Positions 55,098-64,000 of a stretch of DNA of 64,000 nucleotides are shown here, one piece after another (position 1 is the first letter of the stretch; every line of letters starts with the position of its first letter). Source of the stretch: Eledone cirrhosa. Taxonomy: Eukaryota. Both the position numbers and the translations under genes were made by a program. The notes under the pieces are model-generated. The model did no database searches. It saw only the letters and a list, made by a program, of their open reading frames with translations, and was not told the origin of the DNA. Where the stretch lies: the NCBI GenBank assembly GCA_964016885.1, contig OZ024746.1:66278001-66342000 (forward strand). The letters are read 5' to 3'.

Positions 55098-57835
55098 GAG
55101 TTTAATCGTTTTTTTTTTTTTTTTTTGAGAGAGAGACTTTGTATTTACAGATATTGTCGTGATGCTCTGAGAATTAAAATTAGTTCATAAGTAGATATAT
55201 CTAGACTTAAGTTTATTAAATCAATTATCAAGGTAATTATCCAAGCTATCAGCTAAACATCTCCTCGAGTCTTCTAAACAATTAAACCTGCCGATATCAT
55301 CAATACATACATACAAAAGCTGCAGCGATTATGCGAGGAAATTATGGATTTCCAACGTATTAAATTCTTCCAATTATTTCTATCATGATTTTATAGAAAT
55401 CAAACCAATTAAATTCTTATAAGCAAAGTGTTTAAATGGTTGTTTATTGAGCACACAACGTTGCCCTATCATTAATAAATTTATCTTCGACATAAAGCAC
55501 TCAGAGGAGAGAAGTCATCGCTTCATTTAAATTTAAAACAATTGTTTAGAAAATACTGCTTTTTCCATATAATGCCTTTGCTCTCTTAATAACTCATTCG
55601 TCAATTATTATCTATGAAATTAACAGATGCTAAAACACTAAGGATATTTGTGAAGTAATTATCACGCTAAAAATTCTTTTCAAAAACATTACAAGTAATT
55701 TCCGGTGACATAAACGGACTTGATATAATCTTCATTGCATCTTGCTTAATTGTATGTTTGTTTGTTCAGAGGCAAATAACACTTCATCAAAATGATTTGA
55801 ATCAAAATCATGAAGTGAATAATTATTAAATTAATAACATATAAATAAGACTTCAATGTTGAATGTTGATTAAAAAGAAAGGAAACAAAGAGATGAAAAT
55901 ACAAAAGATAGAAATAACAAGAGAAATGATGGAAGCCATGTTGACAAAAATAATTACAAGCACGTGGACATTGAACTAATGAAGGGGTGTCGTACGATCT
56001 TCTAAAAATACTAGCCAAATTTCCCCACAAATTACACACTAAAGACTTCATTAGAAGATAATTCACCAACACAGAAAATGGGATGTTCAAGTTTCGTATA
56101 CTAGTTTAGCTTAATGACCTTACTTGAGACAACAATGTAACTGAGGTGACAAAATAAGTGATGATTATAACGCAGAGAATTTAAATTATGATAATGATGG
56201 TGGAGACGGTACTGGTAGTTTAGATTAAAACAAATCTTTTATAGTTGCATACAACCAAGTCAGCCATGAAGGAAAAACCTTCTCATCAACGATGTACCAT
56301 CAGGCACACGAGTACAATCATCACCGTGTTGTCTATTAGATTTCATACATCTCTATAAAACCTTATTTATCATTGCTACCATTAACTCAAACTGGATATG
56401 ACTTCATGGATAGCAGTTTTCATTATAAGAGTTAACACTATAAATGGAGATGGGGTATAACCATCTGATAAAACAGTTATATGATTAACGTAATTACAAA
56501 CACTGTTTTTACGAAGATATAACATATTGATACAATTATATAAATTCCTTACCCAAACATCTAGACAATTTAAAAGAAAGCAGCTGAAACTGTAGTAACA
56601 AAATGCAATCCGGTGTCAGAATGATAGCTAATTTAATTTCCGCCAGTAGTGAAACTAGATCAAAGAGCTTCATATTTAATGTCCTTATTTAAACTAGTTT
56701 CAAAAAAAGCATTCAACACGAGATTGTCATGTTTTTTTCTACAGTTGAATAATCCTCCGAAATTTTTTTTTTTTTCTTTTTTGAAGGTGGGGTGGCAAGT
56801 TTTCTAAGGTTTGTTGAACTTCCAATCACCAACCGCTTTATAAATTTTACTGGATGCATTTACCGAATAGTTCACCAACACTCATTGACAAAACAGAACT
56901 CTCTTCGCACTTCAGTGCTTGATATATCTTCTATATCTATATGCCGATCTTGTCACAACCCATGTATATATTATATGAGTTGGTATGGCACATCACCAGC
57001 ACTTTAAAGAAACGATTTGATAAGGTAAGTGGTGGTTAATTGAATGGGAAGTCTAAGGAAGTGCGGAAGCTCCTCTGGTGACTAAAAATTACTGAGTAAT
57101 AGGTGGCTCGCATTTCGGAGTTTAGGGTTTGATGGAGTGCTTGAGTGTTTATTGGTAGGTGTTGTACAGAATGTTGGTGGGAATGCATAGGGGTGCTTCC
57201 AATAGCGACTAAACGACTGGGTGCGAAGTTTATGTGGGTGTGCTGAAACATGAGGATGGGACAGATCAAGTTCAATCGTAGTAGATATGTCTTAATGAGC
57301 AAATCATAAGGCCAAGAAGGTGGGTATTTGTCAGAGAGAGAGAGAGGAGGGACGGATGGAGAAAGACGGGTCGGGAAAAGTGCTAGTATGGTTGCTAAAT
57401 TGCAGATGCATCTATCTATAGAAGGCAGGGTGCATACGTGCTATGCCGACATGATAGAAATATCTACAAAATATCACGATTTTTTTGGGGGGGGGGGGGT
57501 ATTTAATTAAATATTGCATTTTGGGTCATAATCTCCGATATGCCACATATTTATATATATTTGTTGGCTTAGCAGAAATGTTAAAACATGGTTAGTTTTG
57601 ACCTTTTACTTTCTCTTATTGAGTTAAATCGCTTATGAAGTCAAATATGTCTTTTATGGGGCTGGAATCGATAATACGTTCTAGTAATAAACTGAAGCCG
57701 AGTGATAATGAATTCAGCGAGCAACTCGTTTGCCGAATAGGCTTCTGGGCTACACAAACATACAGGCACGAATATATATATATAGAATAAGGAAAAGCGA
57801 AGTAGTTTCAGATGTTCAAGTCCTTTAATAATGAT

Positions 57836-57909
57836 GCTGTGATATATATTTCAGTGACGACACTGGCCACACTGTTCTGTGTGCGAGTGTCGTGTCATCA
57901 TCAGACAGC
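57836..57909 (-). ncRNA. Type I hammerhead ribozyme motif, conserved core nucleotides intact
   Basis: Minus strand: gctgt-CTGATGA-tgac-acgacact-cgcacacagaacagtgtggcc-agtgtcgt-cact-GAAA-tatata-TC-acagc. The base of stem II is imperfect. Confidence 0.75.
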
Positions 57910-59254
57910 TTGTTACATAATAAGGTTATGTTTCCGAGGCAAACCAAATTGTATCGACATGGGAACGGATGAATTGCGTGTTTTGGGTTTTTCCATCCGC
58001 TCCCTTGTGAGTACCAATTCACCCCCACCGGCCTGCGGAAGCGCATGTCCGAAGGAAGTTGACCATTAGCCACCGCAGATTTCAACGAAATTCGTTTAGT
58101 CAGTTCACCCTCTCAACCAGAACAATGGCCCACAAATGCCTGTACCATATTTTACTGCTACCCATCACGGCTGTGGCAGTCAGCCGAGAGCCAGAGGGGA
58201 TGGGAGAGTGTTAGTTTTTACAGGTCATAATACTACCCCTCACTAAGCGTTGACGGTACGACTGACCATCACCTTATAAGGGAAAATAAACTTAATTCTA
58301 GGTATCATGGTTTTACGTTGGAAGTTAAGAGTGAGAGTTGGAAATAAAAATTAAAATCCTAAATCAAATATCAGAAATTATAAATTAAACAATTAAGAAA
58401 TTAACAATTAGAAATTAAAGAATTAAAAAAAAATTGTTTTCAGGTGATAATTCGGATTGAGGTGAGTAAAAATATAGACTGAAGTGAGTAAATAATATGG
58501 AGAGAGATATTTAAGTAATATGTTCTGAGAGGGATTCTAGTGTCACAGTTACTCTATTCACATATTGAACGACAGTGCCGTACATTATAACTGAGGGCAA
58601 ACTACAGGGCTCTAGGCATTAGTCAATCTGGTACACAGTCATATTATTTACTCCATATTATTTACTCCATATTATTTACTCACTTCAGTCTATATTTCTA
58701 CTCACCTCAATCCGAATTATCACCTGAAAAGAATTTTGTTTAATTCTTTAATTTCTAATTGTTAATTTCTTAATTGTTTAATTTATAATTTCTGATATTT
58801 GATTTAGGATTTTAATTTTTATTTCCAACTCTCACTCTTAACTTCCAACGTAAAACCATGATACCTAGAATTAAGTTTATTTTCCCTTATAAGGTGATGG
58901 TCAGTCGTACCGTCAACGCTTAGTGAGGGGTAGTATTATGACCTGTAAAAACTAACACTCTCCCATCCTCTCTGGCTCTCGGCTGACTACCACAGCCGTG
59001 ATGGCTAGCAGTAAAATATGGTACAGGAATTGGTGGGCCATTATTCTGGCTGAAAGGGTGAACTGACTAAGCGAATTTCGTTGAAATCTGCGGTGGCTAA
59101 TGGTCAACTTCCTTCGGACATGCGCTTGCGCAGGCCGGTGGGGGTGTATTGGTACTCACAAGGGAGCGGCTGAAAAACCCCAAAACACGCAATTCATCCG
59201 TTCCCATGTCGATCCAATTTGGATTGCCTCGGAAACAACCTTATTATGTAACAA

Positions 59255-59328
59255 GCTGTCTGATGATGACACGACACTCGCACACAGAACAGTGAGGTCA
59301 GTGTCGTCACTTAAATATATATGACAGC
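59255..59328 (+). ncRNA. Type I hammerhead motif, inactivated copy
   Basis: gctgt-CTGATGA-...-TAAA-tatata-TG-acagc: G12 changed to U and C17 to G relative to the left-arm copy. Confidence 0.65.
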
Positions 59329-59491
59329 ATTATTATTAAAGGACTTGAACATCTGAAACTACTTCGCTTTTCCTTATTCGATATTTACTCCGTCACTCCT
59401 ATGTGGAAAGAGTTCGTTGAATGCTTGAATTGAATTGCATCAATGTTTACCCTAATATATATATATATATATATATCATATATATCATATA

Positions 59492-59564
<73 letters not shown>

Positions 59565-59739
59565 ACGGCTATTTCCAGTGAAAGTTTTCGTTGCCAACTC
59601 TGTGCAAGACATTTTAGAACATTGGCTGGACTAAAAAGCCATTTTCGATCGCAGCGCTGTTAATTGCTGTCGTGTGTGTGTGTGTGTAGATATGTTTATG
59701 TGTGTGCGCGTCTGTGTGTATATATATATATATATGTAT

Positions 59740-60400
59740 ATTATTATTGTTGTTATTGTTGTTGTCGTTATTATTATTGTTGTTATTATTGTTCTTTGAG
59801 TCTCAGTCATTGGTGTTATTTAACTGGAAAGTTTGTTGAAATGAATATCAAGCCACTACCTGCAGCCTCAGATATTCAGGACGTATCGGAGGGTTCTTGA
59901 TGTTCCCAGCAAGCATGCCTTTTGAAGTGTTCCAAAAAGCGGGGCGGGACCAATTTTCTTTAACCATCCTTGGAAACTCTTTGAGATAGTACCTAATGCG
60001 CCTATGACAATTGGGACCACTTTGACCTCATGGCAGTTCCAAATCCTTTTTACCTCCCACTTTAAGTCCTGCTATCGGTTAATTTTCTCCCTCTCCTTCT
60101 CTTGCACTCTCGTTTCGAATGTGCAGGCTACATCCACAAACATGCACGATTTGTTTCCTTGTCCAAAACCACCAGGTCAGGTCTATTGTTTTCCAGTTTC
60201 TTGTCCGTCTGTATCCTAAACTCCCACAGCACCTTCACCTGATCGTTTTCCATCACCGACTCTGGCTTATGCTCATACCACTTCTCAGAATGTGGTAAAT
60301 TGTTTACTTTTGCATAGGTGCCAGTGGATCACCCTGCCCATCACATGATGTCTCCAGCCTTTATAGTGAGTCAGGGCTAGGTGTTTACACTCGGATACAA
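59740..60400 (-). mobile_element. R4/Dong-like LINE 3' end with (TAA/CAA)n tail
   Basis: Minus-strand peptides WRHHVMGRVIHWHLCK, HSEKWYEHKPESVMENDQVKVLWEFRIQTDKKLENNRPDLVVLDK and DLKWEVKRIWNCHEVKVVPIVIGALGTISK. The trinucleotide tail is at 59740-59790. Confidence 0.88.
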
Positions 60401-60485
60401 TGTGAGCTACAGTCTCCTCTCTCTCTCCACAGATCCTACACAGTGGGCTAGCCTCCTCCTTGTATTATTATTATTGTTATTATTA

Positions 60486-60530
60486 TGGGTTTTTTCTCGG
60501 CCATACTCGATAACGAGGGGGCAGCCATCA
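60486..60530 (+). repeat. Short terminal fragment related to the 47.26-kb/62.54-kb repeat
   Basis: ggccatactcgataacgagggggcagccatc versus ggccatactcgaaaaggagttggcagccacc (minus strand of 47259..47290). Confidence 0.5.
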
Positions 60531-60548
60531 TATATATATACACATCAT

Positions 60549-60587
<39 letters not shown>

Positions 60588-60591
<4 letters not shown>

Positions 60592-62525
60592 AAAAGAACA
60601 AAGTGAAGCACGTCAGCTCTGCAAACCCAAATGTGTGTGCAGCCAAAGAACACCTGAAAGCTGCCAGGGACCAATTCTATGCTGATTCTACGGAGGAGAA
60701 GATGGAGACTGTGGAGGTGATGAGGGAAGAGCTCTGTACCGCCTACACTGAGGTCAGAGAAGATCAGAAGTGTGGGGAGAGCGGTTGACAGATCTGGATG
60801 TAAGGAGAGTTGGATGATCATCAACGAAATCACAGGGAGGAAGAGAAGGTGTTCGAGTCAGATCCAGGGAACAGGGGCCCGAGGATAGGAAGAGGAAATG
60901 GCTAGACCATTTTAGGACCCTACTAGGAGAGCCACCCTCCACAGCCCAGAGCACTGGTGAGATCAGGCGGCTGTTTGAGGAACTGGTTGTTGAGACAGAG
61001 CCCTTCACCAGCAAGGAGCTTCAGAGAGCCAAGAAGAAGATCAAGGAGGGCAAGGCTCGTGGAGAATATGGAGTGGCATCAGAGGTGATGAAGAGGTGTC
61101 ATTTTGATGATATCATCCTGGGGTCCTGTAACGGGGCACTGGAGAAAGGAGTTGCCCCGAATCAGTGGAGGATCAGTAACATCGTCCCAGTGCCAAAGAA
61201 GGGAGATCTCTCTAACACCAACAACTACCGGGGGATCTCACTGACGTCACTTGTGGCAAAGACCCTCAACAGGATGTTTCTTATCAGGATCCAGCCTGAG
61301 ATGGAGAAGAAGCTCAGGGACAACCAGAAGGGCTTCAGAGAGGGTATATCAACCACCAGTCACATCCTGATGCTGAGGAGGATATTAGAGGGGGCTAGAG
61401 CAAAGTGCCTTCCTGCGGTCATGGTTTTCATTGACTTTAGGAAGGCCTTTGATTCTGTGGACCGTTACTGCCTGATGAAGATCTTACAGGCTTATGGAAT
61501 CCCCGAGAAGATAGTGGACCTGATATCACTGCTCTACACCAACACCAAACCCAAGTCATTACACCTGATGGGATGACAGAGTTCTTTGAGATACTGGCTG
61601 GAGTGCTCCAGGGAGATACATTGGCTCCCTACCTTTTTATCATCGTAGTGGACTATTGTATGCGCCTTGCACTGGAGAAACACCAGGACTCTGGCGTTAC
61701 TATAGCACCGGCTCAGAGCAGGAGAGTTAGGGCGAAAAGGGTATCGGATGCTGAATTTGCCGACGACATAGTTTTGGTGACAAATACAGTGAAGGAGGCA
61801 GAGGATTTGATGCGGGAGGTTGAGACTGTGTCGATGAGTGTGGGGCTGAGAATGAATGAGACTAAAACAAAATATCTGGTAGAAAATGTTGAGAAGTCAG
61901 AGGGGATCACTAATGTAGGCGGGAAGCCGCTGGAATTGGTTGAGGACTTCCTGTATTTGGGAGCAAAGGTTGGGAATACGGAAGATGGTGTGGTTGAGAG
62001 GAAGAGCAAGTCCTGGGCGGCGTGCAACAGCTTGAGATCGGTGTGTAAGTCGGACCTTCGTAGAGACCTGAAAACCCGCCTCTTCATTGCTGTAGTGGAG
62101 TCTGTGCTGCTGTATGGGTCTGAGACTTGGACACTGACCAAGAAACTCACTCAGATGGTGGATGGGTGCTACACGAGAATGCTGAGGATGGCTCTGAACA
62201 TTAATCAGTATACACTGAGGATGAAAAACTCAGAGCTGTATGGGAGCATCCCAAAAGTCAGCTCAAAAGAGACACAGAGGAGACTGATGTTAGCTGGACA
62301 TGCTCTCCGACATCCAGAGTTGACATTGCACTCAGTACTCCTTTGGGAGGCCCTACATGGACACACTAGAAGAGGAAGACCAAGGTTAACGTATGTTGAT
62401 GCCCTAAGGACAGACATTGATCTGTTGGAGACGCAGGAAATGGCAGCGATAATGAGGGACAGAGACCGCTGGAGAGAACTCGTCCATGGATCTCGGGAAT
62501 TTTACCCGCCTTAGATAGATAGATA
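60588..62525 (+). mobile_element. Young 5'-truncated RTE-group non-LTR retrotransposon with (TAGA)n tail
   Basis: GC-richer coding-like block with RT motifs, two related fragments in the window and a tagatagatagata tail. The 5' end abuts (TA)n. The endonuclease domain is absent. Confidence 0.93.
61073..62514 (+). pseudogene. Reverse transcriptase ORF split by a frameshift near 61550
   Basis: Motifs IVPVPKKGDLSNTNNYRGISL, QKGFR, FIDFRKAFDSV, GVLQGDTLAPYLF, FADD, FLYLG and LLYGSETW. Adding 1 nt at aaa|cccaagtc restores NTKAQVITPDGMTEFF. Confidence 0.93.
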
Positions 62526-62540
62526 TATACATGATATGAA

Positions 62541-63031
62541 GGCTGCCAACTTGTTTTCGAGTACGGCCCCTACTGTATATCCATGTAGGAGAACCCCTAC
62601 CGATTCGCTGAACAAGTGTGACTTTTTAGTCCAGCCAGCGACTTGAAAACTCTGGTACAAACACTACACTTGTGACAATTATTAACACATAGTGCTGGGC
62701 CCATGGTACCATGTGATGACAAGTGGCGAGAGATCTCCAGATATAAAGCAATGCCTGTGCTGTGAAGCTTTTATAGTGAGCAATGGCACAAAGCCAGTCC
62801 ACTCTCTTAACGAACATGATATTTACTAAAAAGAAGAACAAGTCAACATCATTTGATACCATCAGGGTCGCAGGTGTTATGTCAGAGATTTCCTTCTCCT
62901 AGAATTCTGCCTTGACAAACGCTAAGGGGTCATCTCTCTCGGTGATTTTGGATGGCCATTGACTCTTAAGAGCTCCTTTGCACTTTGACAGGTTTTGTTT
63001 TTAGTCCTGCAGGATATCCAAAGTCACCCTC
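62541..63031 (-). mobile_element. Second copy of the 47.26-kb non-coding repeat
   Basis: Colinear and highly similar to 47262..47759. Confidence 0.8.
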
Positions 63032-64000
63032 CATATACATGATATACATACACACAAACATACACATAAATATATATATATATATATATAAACACACACA
63101 TATGAATATATATTTCCAAATTTACAAATGTAAATCTGTATATATGTGTGTGTCTGTGTGTGTGCATGTGTGTGTATGTTTGTGCGTGTGTGTGTGTGTG
63201 TGTATATGTGTGTGTGTATGTGTGTATGTGTGTGTGTGTGTGTGTGTGTGTATACATATGTAATTGGAAGAAAGAAATATTTAAATTGATGAAAGATGTA
63301 TTTGAAACATATCGTGACATGACGGACATGTTTCTATCATATTAGACCCCCACTGATATATATATATTCTAATACGTAAGTAATAAATCTCTCACGACTT
63401 ATACTTTATATAGTTTTATTTGGAAATTATTCCCTATTTATCTAAATTCAATTTAATAAAATCCCAGGCCAATTTCTGGATGGCAAATATATATTGATGC
63501 GTGGTTCATATAATTCAAACGTATATTGACTAATGTAAACGGCCGACATTGTTTGAAGCATTTACCTAGTCTACTATAAGCATTTAAGATGAGGTGCCAT
63601 ATATCAATAGTGGCCTAATATATTTTGTGTTTCTGTCTCTTTTTTAATCCATAATGATTTGTTGACACAGGAGCTACTTTTTCAGATAGCATATTGATTC
63701 GATCATTAATGCTTTAATTACGTCTAATTTAAGTTAAATATAGTGTCAACCTTTCATTCTAACAGACGCCACATCCATTACCTCATTAGGTAACCGAAAT
63801 TTAAAACAATTTTTGTTTTCGTGTTAAAAGATCCAACTAGTCGGATTGATTTTAGAAGTAGAAAAAAATACCGAATACCAAATATCCGGGAACAAAATCT
63901 ATTTTGAATACATTGATTTCGTCAGCAAAAAAGAAGACAACATCAAAGTGTCACCAGCTGTTGTACTTATCCAATTATTTCGTGTGCAATTCAATTTATA

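Larger units (their letters stand above)
57785..59379. mobile_element. 1.6-kb fold-back element: about 715-bp inverted arms, about 160-bp spacer, a hammerhead near each outer end, no ORF
   Basis: 57785..58502 is the reverse complement of 58665..59379, with scattered substitutions and small indels. Confidence 0.95.

Noticed and set aside
57036-57302. 88-aa minus-strand ORF, possible LINE remnant or exon
   Set aside because: No diagnostic motif or supportable splice structure.
59020-59115. Possible HDV-like ribozyme (ggctaatggtc) inside the fold-back arm
   Set aside because: P1, P3 and P1.1 could not be assigned.
61713-62417. Antisense ORFs over the RT (also 16991..17404)
   Set aside because: Shadow frames of the LINE coding sequence.

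Overview
AT-rich, microsatellite-dense eukaryotic DNA with no recognisable host protein-coding exon, rRNA or tRNA, so it is intergenic or intronic. The SINE content suggests an octopus/coleoid cephalopod (inference). Most ORFs in the track are translations of (TA)n/(CA)n/(GA)n tracts. Real coding remnants are all non-LTR retrotransposons. These are a young, 5'-truncated, frameshifted RTE-group RT element (about 60.6-62.5 kb, with two fragments elsewhere), older RTE/Expander, L1/Tx1-like and R4/Dong fragments. There are also about 11 copies of a tRNA-derived Nin/Deu-domain SINE and a TTAA-flanked MITE. The main unexplained signal is a set of about 14 whole or partial type I hammerhead ribozyme motifs (CUGANGA...GAAA-palindromic stem III-UH) from several unrelated non-coding families. 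Most sit next to (TA)n tracts, several have unusually long stem II rods, and many lie in fold-back palindromes of 43 bp to 1.6 kb. Two fold-back points fall at the predicted cleavage site or inside the catalytic core. This looks like a diverse non-autonomous Penelope-like/retrozyme system. All folds were read by eye and none was computed.
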